Below are positions 51,665 through 63,429 of a stretch of 63,813 bases of DNA, one piece after another. Below the pieces are notes generated by a model, which saw only the letters and a list, made by a program, of their open reading frames with translations, was not told the DNA's origin and made no database searches. Made by a program: the position numbers and the translations under genes. The stretch covers positions 28,013,979 through 28,077,791 of the forward strand of contig JARFYF010000017.1 of the NCBI GenBank assembly GCA_030265395.1, read 5' to 3'. This DNA comes from Rhina ancylostomus. Taxonomy: Eukaryota. The stretch's first letter is position 1; each line of letters begins with the position of its first letter.

Positions 51665-51905
51665 CAGAGCACTTTACAGTCAATGAAGTCCTCTTGAAGC
51701 GTAGTCTCCAGTGACTGAGGCATGGTAGTTGTATTGCATGCAGCAAGCTCCCACATAGGGCAATGTCTAAAATCTGTTTGAATGATATTGATTAAGGGTA
51801 AATATTGGTCAAGACCACAAGGAACACCTCTGCACCTCTTCAAAATAGCCATGGAATCTTTTGTATCTGTCTGGGAGAACAAAATGATTTAACATTTCAT
51901 CCGTG
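51665..51905 (-). mobile_element. Deu-domain SINE remnant in UQCRFS1 intron
   Basis: Antisense Deu core gcactttacagtcaatgaagt...cagcaagctcccaca...taaatattggtcaagaccac...cttcaaaatagccatggaatctttt...tttaacatttcatccg. Confidence 0.68.
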
Positions 51906-52299
51906 AACTGAAGTGCGAGATTTTTGTGCCTGAATCGTGTCTGTGGAATGAAATTTATCATGACCATCCCACATCAGATAGGCAGTAGTTGAGGTGGTCA
52001 GAAGTATGACTGAAGGCTATAGTGGTAGACTTTAAAAATAAATATTAACTTGCATGATATTTATTTGGATGTGGCACTGACGGTGCACTTGCTACAAAGA
52101 AGAGCTGGCCAGCCACTTGCCTTGCCTTGAACTCCCATAATGTAAGAAGTCCATGAAGATAAGTTCAGTGACAGCTCTGTCGCTAATACCATTAAGTCAG
52201 CTGCAGCTGTTGTTTCTCTCCTTTCCGAAACCATATGGCTAAACAACTTAGTTTCTACCCAGCAAACCATCCTCACAGACAAATGACGTCCCTGAAATT

Positions 52300-52785
52300 G
52301 CATCTTCTTCTAGTATCTCTTGCATCCCTACAGTCTCATTCCAAATTCAGCTGCTCTCTCAAATCTACTTAGAGTAAACTGTTAACCACCCAATTTTCTA
52401 TCCTGACTCTCATGCTGGAAGATACAGTTAATTTTTGTCTTCAGTATCCTGCTTATCCTGAAATCTGCCATTTTCACCCTCTTAAACAAAAGCCTTGCAA
52501 ACTATCATCACATCTCCAAGCTCCCTTTCCTCTTGGGTCAATGAAATACTAATTGTCTCCAAAATTCCTGTCTTATCCCAGAGTTATTTAGTGAATCTTT
52601 TAATGGTTTTCCCATTTGCCACAGTACCTAATTGACTGTAAGCTGATAATAACATTGAGAAGGGTTATGACGGAGGTAATCCATTTCTCAACCTTTTCAA
52701 CGTGTGTGCAGTATTTGATGATTGACTACACCATCATCGAGGCATCCACTTCCCTTGAGCTGGGTGGGACACTCTTTAAAACCTA
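52300..52785 (+). mobile_element. L2 LINE RT remnant
   Basis: Decayed KSAIFTLL.K..LANYHHISKLPFL and GF...HST...VFD motifs. Confidence 0.55.
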
Positions 52786-53119
52786 ANNNNNNNNNNNNNN
52801 NNNNNNNNNNNNNNNNNNNNNNNNNNNNNNNNNNNNNNNNNNNNNGAACACTTTTGCTGAATGCTTTGGGAGATTTTATTTTGTTAAAAATGTCACATAT
52901 GTAAGTTATTGCCTTATGAGTATTTTATCACTCATCAGTGGAAAGGAAAATAGAACACAGTGCAAAACAGTCAGTTAATTTACTTTGTGCAGCTGTCTAA
53001 ATAGATTTATACCTTTTAATGCCAGCAAGTGTGATTTATAATGTTACTGGATGCATCCTTGCAATCATGACATCTTATTTCAGCCAAAAAGTGCTGCACA
53101 GCTGAAGAAACTACAAGGA

Positions 53120-53530
53120 TAAATGACTAAGACCTTTGTCTGAGATGTATTTTAAAAATTCATTTATGGAGAGAAGAGAGGTAAGGAATCAAGAGTTAGG
53201 GTCAAATTCCAGAAATTGGGTCCTTGGCCAATGATGACGGGTGTATGGGAAAACAAAAGAGCAACATTAGGGGAGAGTGGATGTCTTAGCATAAAATAAG
53301 ACTGCAATTTATAAATGAAGCAAGATCATGTAAAAATGAAAATTTTAAAATCAGTGCATGAATTAACCCTGAAACTAATGTAGTTCAATGTATGCTGGTG
53401 GGTGATGGGTGAATGGGACTCGTTGTGAGTTGGAATAAAGGCAGCAGAGTTCAGAGTAGAATGAGGGTGAGTGGCCAGAATGTATTGTAATAGTCAGGTT
53501 TAGTGGTCAGAGGCGTGGATTAGAGCAGAG
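53120..53530 (-). mobile_element. L2 LINE 3' remnant
   Basis: Antisense L2-type pattern gagaggt...ttagggtcaaattccaga..ttgggtcct and gggtgatgggtgaatgggact...ggcagcagagtt. Confidence 0.5.
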
Positions 53531-53835
53531 ATAATTTGAACTAAAAGTTCCAGTATTTTTAAAAGTTGGAAAATAATGAAATGCTTACAGTTAGAATCTT
53601 TGCCTACATTGTGACAATGTAAGAGGAAATGACTATTTTTGCCAATGAACACTAATTTGTTATGAAGGTGATGCCAACAGTGAGATAAAGTAAAACTTTT
53701 ATTTATATTGGTACTAATAGCCAAAGGAACAAAATATCTCAATCTTAATGAAACTGTTTAAGCTGGAAAAATCTGGATCAATTGTTTAAGTGTACTAGTT
53801 TGAGAGAATTTTTTGTCATTTTATTTTTTGCACAG

Positions 53836-54445
53836 TTTCATCTGCAATTCNNNNNNNNNNNNNNNNNNNNNNNNNNNNNNNNNNNNNNNNNNNNNNNNNN
53901 NNNNNNNNNNNNNNNNNNNNNNNNNNTCACAGAATAGCAGTGATACCAGGAAAGGGTTCTCCTACTTGCTAACTGGGACCACAGCTGTTTTCGGTGCCTA
54001 TGCTGCAAAGAATGTTGTCACCCAGTTCATCACAAGCATGAGTGCCTCCGCTGACGTACTGGCATTGTCTAAGATTGAAATTAAGTTGGGTGATATTCCA
54101 GAAGGCAAGAACATGACCTTCAAATGGAGAGGCAAACCTCTTTTCATCCGCCACCGTTCATCCAAGGAAATTGAGTGTGAGCAGGCAGTGAGCCTAGCTG
54201 AGTTGCGTGACCCCCAGTTAGATTCTGATAGAGCAAAGGATCCACAGTGGATGATTCTCATTGGTGTCTGCACTCACCTGGGCTGTGTACCAATAGCCAA
54301 TGCTGGTGATTATGGTGGCTACTACTGCCCCTGCCATGGATCTCACTATGATGCATCAGGGAGAATCAGAAAAGGCCCAGCTCCTCTTAATCTGGAAGTT
54401 CCACCATATGAGTTCATTAATGAGGAACTTGTCATTGTTGGTTAA
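53836..54445 (+). CDS. UQCRFS1: Cytochrome b-c1 complex subunit Rieske, mitochondrial - coding exon 2 (TM helix and Rieske [2Fe-2S] domain)
   Basis: Acceptor ttttttgcacAG|TT completes G+TT=Val, then SSAI. An N-gap covers 53851-53926. The sequence resumes [14 protein letters not shown]...[18 protein letters not shown]...[13 protein letters not shown]...CTHLGC (54269-54286)...CPCHGS (54326-54343) [20 protein letters not shown]...VIVG, with TAA at 54443-54445. Both Rieske Cys/His boxes are intact. Confidence 0.98.
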
Positions 54446-54593
54446 ATCTATTGACTTTAAATTGAACACCTTCCAGTTTTACTGCTGTGTTAATACTATG
54501 GCAAACTGAACATTCATAGAACCAACCTGTTATGGTAATTCTTGTGATTTCTTCGGATATGGGAGTAATATGGTGTAAACCAGGTTTGTCTTC

Positions 54594-54599
54594 AATAAA
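54594..54599 (+). terminator. UQCRFS1: Candidate polyadenylation signal of UQCRFS1
   Basis: First AATAAA seen downstream of the stop codon (~150 nt), followed by T/GT-rich sequence. Confidence 0.55.
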
Positions 54600-55339
54600 C
54601 ATCCATTTTACCTTGGCCAGCTATTGTGGTTCTATTCTTGAGAAATGTATCTTTGATTTTGGTTTACCATCTAAACTGGAAAAATCAAGATTAATAGTTA
54701 ACAAACTTACAGGATTCATAAATGTTCACTCTGTAGTTATTTCTACACTTGTAACATTCAAATTTCCTGCCTGAAACAAAATACTGTACTATAACCTACC
54801 CTCGTAACATGATTCTGGGCTTCTTACTGCTAAATTTTTGCACTATAGATGTGTTTACAGCATTTTTTTTAAAAAGTTGCATCTTGCAGACAAATGGTAA
54901 ATTAACTACTTTGAAATCAGAAAATATAGATGTGGACTAATTATAATATCGTCTGACTTCTTTCAACAATTCATTCAGTGTACTTCAAAAATCAAACAAA
55001 ATATGGCACTTCAAATAGGAAGCTTGTTGCTCTTCACTAATTCACAGCAAAGACATGCATCTATTGTGAGCTGGAGTCTTGTATCTTCATTAGTGTGCTT
55101 TCAGAATTTACTCGGATGTTTTTTTAAAAAAGTAACTATTGCATCCCAGGACCTAAAGATTATAGAAATCCTGTGTAATGCTAAAATGAAACCAGAATGG
55201 CAGTATCTCTGTACAGTGTTTCCCAGGAAATGACCAAACTTGGTTCTGTCATTTTTAAATAGGCAGGTTCTAAAGAAATTCAAGTACATAAATGCCTGAA
55301 TTTATAGGATAGTTCTTGAAAATCAAAGAAAAACTTCAG

Positions 55340-56520
55340 ATTCTTGAACTTGAAATTAAAAGAAAAATTGCTGGAGATCCTTGGGTGCTACCTGACATTT
55401 GTGGAGTAAGAAAAGTTTGATGTCACTTCAGTAGTTTTGAGAAAAGCTTAAAAAAAATCAAGCACATTTTAACTTGCAGAGAAAGTGGAAGGATGGGCAG
55501 AACGAAATGAAATATCTGTGATAGAGTTGAAATCAAGAGAATGTGCTTGTTGAGAGGGGGCAGTGAAGAGTTGTTGATTGCACTGATCTGTCCAGAGGGG
55601 GTGTAAACATTAAAGAGGAGAATGAAAAAGACAATGCTGGAATTGAGATAGGTACTGCATATGCTGGAAATCTGAAATAAACACCATGCTGGTCAACAGC
55701 AAAGGGTTAATGTTTCAGACTAGGCCAGTTCTAATAAGAAATAAAAAGACTAGTTGTATGAAATTCTTGAATGCAATGAATACTGAGCACTTTGACATGC
55801 TTAACTAGAAAGTAAGATGTTGGTCCTCTAGCTTGTGTTAGTCATNNNNNNNNNNNNNNNNNNNNNNNNNNNNNNNNNNNNNNNNNNNNNNNNNNNNNNN
55901 NNNNNNNNNNNNNNNNNNNNNNNNNNNNNNNNNNNNNNNNNNNNNNNNNNNNNNNNNNNNNNNNNNNNNNNNNNNNNNNNNNNNNNNNNNNNNNNNNNNN
56001 NNNNNNNNNNNNNNNNNNNNNAAGAAGTGCAAGTGAATTGCTGTTTCAACTAGGAGTTTCTGTCCAGGGATGGTGGGAAGGAAAGGGGCAAAAATATAAA
56101 TGTTGCATCTCTTGCAGTTGCAAGGTAAAGTGCTCTGAGAGAGAGTGAAACAGAGCAATGTAATGCGAAGACTCCTCAGAATGTTGGAAAGGGAAGGAGA
56201 GAGATCACCTCTGGTGGCATCCTAATGAAGGTGGTATAATTTGTACCATCTTTTTAACCCTCTTCATTTGTCTACTTGTATTTCCACCTACATCTGTGCC
56301 CAACAAACTTCACCCTCTTTGTGGGCATCACCACATCACATTCAGCCTCTCTTGGTCTCCAGCCAATCATGGACATTCGCTCTGTTCTCTCCAGCCCTCC
56401 CCCTTTTCTGCAACTTAAATCATTTATCTTCCTCCGTTCTGATAAAATCACATTGCTGAAACTCTAACTCTACAGATGCTGGCTGAACTGAGTATTCCTA
56501 GTATTGAGTTTTTATTTGAG
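55340..56520. mobile_element. Penelope-like element, inverted pair of 3' fragments
   Basis: The left part is antisense and includes KQQFTCTS (lead-in to the GIY-YIG domain) next to the gap. The right part is sense and ends in a ttctgataaa...ctgaaac...acagatgctggctgaactgagt tail. Confidence 0.6.
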
Positions 56521-57049
56521 AGTGGCCTCATTATTTTACTCTTGTCATAGCATTAGATTTAATTACTGAGATTTTATATAATAGAATTACATCTATGTAT
56601 TCTTTTGTACATTCTATTGCCCAAAATATTGTTGGTGATAACTAAATTGAACCTGAGCTGGATTTCTTTGAAGCACCTATTAGGATACATGTTTTGTCAC
56701 ATGGTGAAATGTTTGACATCTGGAAAATTACTTTTAGTTGGCCTTGGTACCATTTGGTAAAAGTCATCTACTTCTGTCCCTGCTGTTTTACCAACAAACT
56801 TAACAAAACTACACCTACTGGTAGTGCTGGCCAAGGTAATTAGAACTCTTTGGTTTTGTACACAATGCAAGGTGAGAAATAGGTTGTAAAATTATTATGC
56901 TCATAGCTTAGTTATAAAGAATATAGCTATTATGTGTATGCAAAATGCATCATGCTGCTTCTGTGGGGATATTTTGATTTTTGGGCTGAACCATGGCCAT
57001 TATTGGGTGCTGTTGGAACTGTTGTGCAGCAGGGTCATTGATAACTCTT

Positions 57050-58370
57050 TAACAACCAGAAAATGCTGGAAACACTTGGGTCAGACTATTTCTGTGGGGA
57101 AACAAAACAGTTAAAGTTTCAGTTGAAGACCCTTTAAGAAGAGAAAAGAAAAGAAGTTTAAGCTGCAGGGTGGGAGGATATCTCTGATAGGGTAAAACTA
57201 GGGTGACCATGGGGATAAGCAGTAAACAAGGTCTGGTCAATTAGTGAATGGGAACAGTGAGAATATAGTCAGAAGAATGTAGGAGTTGTGTCCTCCACTT
57301 CCAGGAAAAAAACAGGGGAAAATAAAAAAGCTGAACTAATATCACAGATGAACATAGATATCAAGTCATCTGGAAATGTAGAATTCAATATTGAGGTTAG
57401 GTTTTGTAACATGTCATACGGAAGATGAAGTGCTGCTCAAGTTTGCATTAGACCTCATTGTAATGTACTGATAAGTTGGGGTGGGATGGAGACAACAAGG
57501 TTGCCCTTGCAGACTGAATGCAGGTGCTCCTCTAAACAGTCACCCAGTCTGTTTGATTTCTCTAATGTAGAGGCAACCACATCGTGAGCACTGAATGCAG
57601 TACACTATATTGGAAAAAGTGCAAATGAATCACTACTTCACATGAAAGGACTGTTTGGGTCCCTTAGTTGTGGGAAGGGTGAAGAATGGGGATTAGTGTT
57701 TCCTTGCTTGTGATTGTAAAGGAAAGTGCTGTGGGTGGGGGAAAATTGGCAGCAACAGAAGAGTGGACCAGGGAGTTCAGGTGGTGGAGTCTCTTTGAAG
57801 GTGGTAGAAGCTAGCCTATCTCTCACTCTGACCTATAGGCCTGTGGCCTACTGCACTGTTACAATGACACCCAATGCAAGCTTGATGAACAGCACCTCAT
57901 TTTCTGTCTGGGCACGTTGCAACCTTCTGGACTTGATTTTCAATTTTACAACCTAAGGTAACTTGATTTCTTTGTCTGTGTCAGTCGTCAATCTCTAATA
58001 TTGGTGTAGCTTTTTTTCCCTTCTTTCTTTAGAAATAGTGGACATGCCCAGCATCATTTGCTGGCAAGTCTTCCTTCTCCACATTTCACTACTCTTACCA
58101 TCTTTTATCAATAGCCTTTTGTCTACATTCTCACTAACTGCTCCAATCACTCTCATTGGCCACTTTAACCCCTGGGTTACCTTGGTTTTACCCTATTGAA
58201 GGCATTCACCACACCCACCGCCCCATCCCTGCAGCTTAAACTTTTCTCTCCTTCCCAATTCTAGTGAAGGGTCTTTGACCTGAAACATTAACTTTGTTTC
58301 TCTTCCCATAGGTGTGGCTGACTGAGTGTAGAATTTTCAGTTTTTAATTTAGACTTCTGCAATTTTTAAA
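57050..58370. mobile_element. Penelope-like element with GIY-YIG endonuclease, inverted pair
   Basis: Minus strand 57540-57650: FHVK**FICTFSNIVYCIQCSRCGCLYIREIK (VY-CxxC-YIG). Plus strand 57824-57961: HSDL*ACGLLHCYNDTQCKLDEQHLIFCLGTLQPSGLDFQF. Both arms end in the same tail, pointing outward. Confidence 0.85.
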
Positions 58371-58699
58371 GAAATTCTCATTGGTAATTTTCTCCTCTCA
58401 ACTGTAAGGGTGCCATCCGGTGGTTGGGCCAATAATTTGTCATGAAAACCTGCATGGATTGTAGATCAGTTTAAATATGTTAAGAAATTCAAATTAATTA
58501 ATGTTTAGAGCACTAACTAGAATTAATCAGTGCTTTAAAATACAATTTCTGCCTTCTATGTAGTGCCACATTTCGGTTCATCATTGCCTTTCGACTTCAA
58601 CTTCTTTCATTAATGGCAGTGTTTTCACCTCAGATGGTGGAGCAGGAGCTTGATAAAAGCAGGAATTGAGAGGAGATGGGAATGTAGGATTTTAGACCC

Positions 58700-58875
58700 A
58701 CACTCAGCAATTTAGGAACAGTTTCTTCCCCTCTGCCATCACATTTCTGAATGGTCCATGAACGCTACTTTGTTATTCCTTTTTCGCTATTTTGTAATTT
58801 CTCATTGTTACAGTATGTCTTTTGCACTATACTGCTGCTGAAAAACAAAAAATTCATGACATATAAGTTGGTGAT
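58700..58875 (+). mobile_element. Rex1/Babar 3'-end fragment
   Basis: FRNSFFPSAITFLNGP, followed by the tail ...catgacatat...gtgataataaacctgat. Confidence 0.7.
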
Positions 58876-59989
58876 AATAAACCTGATACTGATTTAGGCA
58901 TACATCCATGTGGTAGGGTATTTCTTCAGCCCAAAGTTTCTTGCCATTAAATGAGCTAAATACAGATTAGCTAATCAGTAGAACTGGATTTCATGTATCC
59001 TAGATTATCATAACCAATGCAGCTACAAGTGAAATCAAGCCCCTTATCACCAGGACTTGTTGATTGCATGTATACATCTGAAAGGTAAAGTGGTTTTCTG
59101 TGTTAGACTTTGGCCTAATTCTTTGGTCTGTCTAAAACTAAGTGCTGCTACAGCATGACATCTTTTCCGTTCTGGATGACTGTTTTAGCGTTAAATACTC
59201 CCAACTTAGTTGAAGGCAAATACCTTTACCTACTAATGTACAGTCAGGAGAATACACAATATACAGATCAGTTTTTTTCCCCCATATTAACCTCCTGTTT
59301 GGTCTCTGATTAAAGTTGCTAATTAATGTGTACTAATATCAGTTTGAAATTGTGCCCATTGTCATTAACAACAAAGTTTAAAATTAGTGATTTTTGTCAA
59401 GGCTTTTGCAGTAAAGCAAATACTTCATTAGATAAGATTCAAACTTCACTCTCATAAAGGACCCAGCAAGAGTAAAGCAAGCTACTTGAAAATTGGAAAG
59501 GTAACCGTTAATTACTTAAAGTGCGAGTTACTTGGCCTTCAAAACTTTAACAAAGTATTTGTACAATGATAATTATTTAGTGAAGCATATGAGGTACAGG
59601 GATCAGTAGAATATTTCTTCTGTATAACTTAATTTTACTTGCAATAGCAAAATATGAAGAGGTCTACATTGGTGGGATTATTTACAGATTAAGGAATTAA
59701 TTTATCAAGTGGAAGATTGTGTGCAAAAAATGTTCCAGTTTAAATCAGACAAGGGAAATGCTCAGCAGTACAGGCAGCATCTGTGGAAGGAGAGACACGG
59801 TTAATATTTCTGGTTGACCACTCTTCCTTGTTCCAAAGTAGGGTCTGCTTTGTTTTAATCAAGATTTCCAGTATTTGCAGTTTTGATTTTCAAAGGATTC
59901 AACAATTTGATAATTTTAATTTTGGTACTATTGGATTTGACACACTTTATACTTGCATAAATTGAATTTGAAAATAGTTATTGGGAAAA

Positions 59990-60135
59990 GAGACCTTTAA
60001 AGTTTAAAATAGAGGAATTTAAAATAGAAGGATATGTGGGAGGAAGGAGTTAATAGTCTTAAGCGAGGTTTAAAGGTCAGCACAACATTGTGGACCGAAG
60101 GGCCTGTATTGTGCTGTACTGTTCTATGTTCTTAT
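59990..60135 (+). mobile_element. CR1 3' tail
   Basis: cagcacaacattgtggaccgaagggcctgtattgtgctgtactgttctatgttc; a similar tail is at 8060-8240. Confidence 0.7.
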
Positions 60136-62714
60136 CAACTTTATGCAGTGTCTGCAGTAAATATTCTTAAAAGTTGAGTGTAAAAGAAATTTCTATGTCA
60201 GTGCAAAATCTGATTTAATCCCACCCAGAAAAGGTCATTTTATTGCATCTGTTACATTGATTCACTTCCCCCACTAAGCCCTTCATGGTTTTTTAATGAG
60301 TGGCAATTTATAGGCAGCTTTGTAATTATGTCCTAATGTCAATTGGGTTCCATATTGAGTATCCTTAGAATCATTTTACTTGAGACATTGCAGGTAACCG
60401 AGAAAGATCTTGCTTTAGATCACTGCACCAGTTTTTCCCTAAACACACCATCCTTTTGCTAAATGATGTTGGATTTGTTGCCTCTATTGTTTAAAAGGAA
60501 AAATAAAACTAATGCTTAAAAAATCTTAGACTAGGATGTTTTATTAAATTATGCCCTTGGTGATCTTAATGTATGTAAGGGAAAAAAGATTGTAAACTCA
60601 ACAGAAAGAGATTCAGAAGTCTTGATCAATATTCTGTATGGCAAGACCTTGATGGAAGTGAGCTGTAGGTTGAATTTAGAAATGGTTCAATGCTATGACA
60701 AAGCTAAATTCAAACAATCAATTCTGACAGACTTAATCAATGCAAAATGTGCACAATCTTATGGATGGAGCCATGCCAAATCTGAAAATAGTTGTCTGAA
60801 AATTATTAATACTTAACTGACCTCTTGATGTATCTTATTAACATGAAGGATGCTGCACAACTGCAGGTCTCACTGGGAAGTAAAATAACCATAAGTGCAG
60901 AAATTTTGATAATTTCAATATTGATATTTAATGTTCTTGGCCATATTAGTCTGAATGCAGATCACAAAATGAAGTACTGTACCTCATTTCCATGACACTC
61001 CATACAAAACACAAAACTGAATTGAAATGCCTATAAGACTTGCAGGTTTTCATAACCCCTGGCTCATACTAGGAGGATAACATGTTTTATTAAAAGTTGT
61101 TACATGGATCAACACAAACATCGTAATTTAGTATTTCTAGACCTCAATGTACCAGTTCACAGATTGATACGATATGGGCAGATGTTCCTGTTCTGTACCA
61201 AAGCAAATGTTCAAGCAATGAATATATCAAAATGAACATGTGATTATATCAAAAACTCAGCTGATTTGCAATCCATTTAGTTTAATGCACAAGAATATTG
61301 GTAGCTATAATTAGGACCATTAACTCTTTTCCCATTTGATTTTTTTTTTAAATTTTGCACAGGCAATGAAATAACTCCAGGTACAATAACAGGAAAAGCT
61401 GGTACAGTTTTCTTTGGGGGGGAGAGACACAAAAGAAAACTCCAGAAGGTGGTAACCTGAAATAAACATAAAATGCTGGAGCTATTCAGTGGGTCAGGTA
61501 ACATCTATGGAGAGAAAAATGGAGTTAGCATTTCAGATTGATAACTTTTCTTTCCCCTTTTAATATTTGGAAAAGATTGTTTGTCAGATCATTTTGCCAT
61601 TTACTTTTAGCAGAAAATAAAATCATAAAATATCAAACTACTGACGATGTGGTTGCAATTGCAACAGGGAACTCATTTTCCATTTTCCTTTGATTGAAAT
61701 TGCTTAATTGGATATAATTCTCTATTTCATAACACATTGACTTTAACAAAAAAAGTTATGATAATATGCTTGTTCCAAAGGATTTAATTACGATTTTTAG
61801 TAAAAGGCATAAACTGTTTAAACAATGATTTAAAACTCAGGCTAAAACGTATTCTAAATTTGGATCAGCAATCAACAAAATGGGCAGTGGAAAAATTAGA
61901 TTTCTAAATCATTATATCAGAAAAAGCAAATGAGCACAGAAGCAAATATCTTGATTAAGCTTTATTTTGCAATGATTTTCCTCCCACCTGTGAAGTAAAA
62001 CATTTCAACAATTATAATAAACATGATAATAGAACTGTTAGTAAACAAAACTTCAGTTTTGTAGCACCCCAAAAAGTGTAATGCCTGCAAAAATGGTTCA
62101 AAGCAGGATTTGTATGCATGTCCAGCTGTGATTCCATTTGTGCAACGGGCAAAGGTTCTCTCATTTCCACCGGGAGTAGCATTTTTGTGAAGGTGAAACA
62201 CAAGATTTTAATAATTGCATGTTGAAGAGGGAAATGTAAAATAAATTGCATGGGAAATGTTATTTGATTGCATTGCAAATTACAGTAAATGGAGGCAAGT
62301 TGATACTGTATACATCCACTGCATCTTAGTAGACTTTCTGCACCATCTTTTAATAAAGCAAATACAAGAAACAGCAGTCCTAGAAATAGAACCAGAAGAT
62401 AAAGAGCTGACTGGGCTGTCTTATCCTATGGCCTAGGAGATGGATTGGAGAGTAATTTCACTAACTTTGCTTTGTTGATTTTGGGCAGGAATTAATCCCA
62501 GCAATTTCTATTTATATAGCACCATTAATGTGAAAAAAATGTCCCAAATGATGCATAGAAGCATAAGAAGACAAAAGCTGATACTGAGCCAAAGAAAAAG
62601 TATTAGGATTGATTAAAATTTTGTCAATGGTACATATTTTAAGAAATGGGTTTAAAAAGGTTTAAGAATGTATTGCTTGAGATGATGCTAATCCTGGATA
62701 TGTAGAATGAACAT

Positions 62715-63270
62715 GGAATGCAGAGCAGTACAGCACAGGAGCAGGCACCTGCCCGACCACATCTACTCTGACCATGATGCCAATCTAAACTAATCCCACC
62801 TGCCTGCAAGTGGTCTGTATTCCTCTATTCTCTGCCTGTTCACGTGTCTGTCTAAATGTCTCTAAGCATTGTGTCTGCTTCTACCACTTTGCCGGACAAT
62901 AGGTTCCAGGCACCTACCACTCTAGTAAAAAAAAACTTGCCTCACAAATCTTTAAACTCCCCCCACCTTAAACCTATGCCCTCTAGTATTTGATACTTCC
63001 ACTTGGGGTGGGGGGAAGACTGTTTATCCTATCAATGCCTCGTGATTTTATATACTTCTCTCAGGTCACCTCTCAGTCTCCAATGTTCCAGAGAAAACAA
63101 TCCAAGTCTGTACAACCTCTCCTAGATAATACACTCTAATCCAGGCAATGTCCTGGTGAACCTCTTTCACACCACCTTCAAAGCCTCCACATCCTTCCCA
63201 TAGTGTGGCGACCAGAATTGCATACAATACTCCATATATGGCCCAACAAATTTTTATGTATTTGCAATGT
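62715..63270 (-). mobile_element. CR1 3' fragment
   Basis: Antisense EYCMQFWSPHYGKDVEALKVV.KRFTRTLPGL. The 3' terminus is cagtacagcacaggagcaggc. Confidence 0.85.
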
Positions 63271-63429
63271 GAGCTGCCTAGTAATGAACCACTGTAGGGA
63301 ATGCATATCAGTTTAATTGGCAGTACTACCAACTAATCCCGAGACATGAGAAGGCACTATTTCTGTGTGGTTTTCCTTGAGTAAAAGACTGGAATTCAAT
63401 AGATGCATCAGTGCAGTTATCAGAATACT

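Larger units (their letters stand above)
43914..53835 (+). other. UQCRFS1: UQCRFS1 intron 1 (GT-AG, phase 1, ~9.9 kb, rich in transposon fragments)
   Basis: GTGAGT donor at 43914 and a pyrimidine tract ending CACAG at 53835. Joining the two exons gives ...GLN-V-SSAI, collinear with vertebrate ...GLN-V-PASV. Confidence 0.92.

Noticed and set aside
53813-53850. ORF-track start [12 protein letters not shown] for the Rieske ORF
   Set aside because: It begins at a TTG inside the intron's pyrimidine tract and is out of frame with the spliced product. The real N-terminus comes from exon 1.
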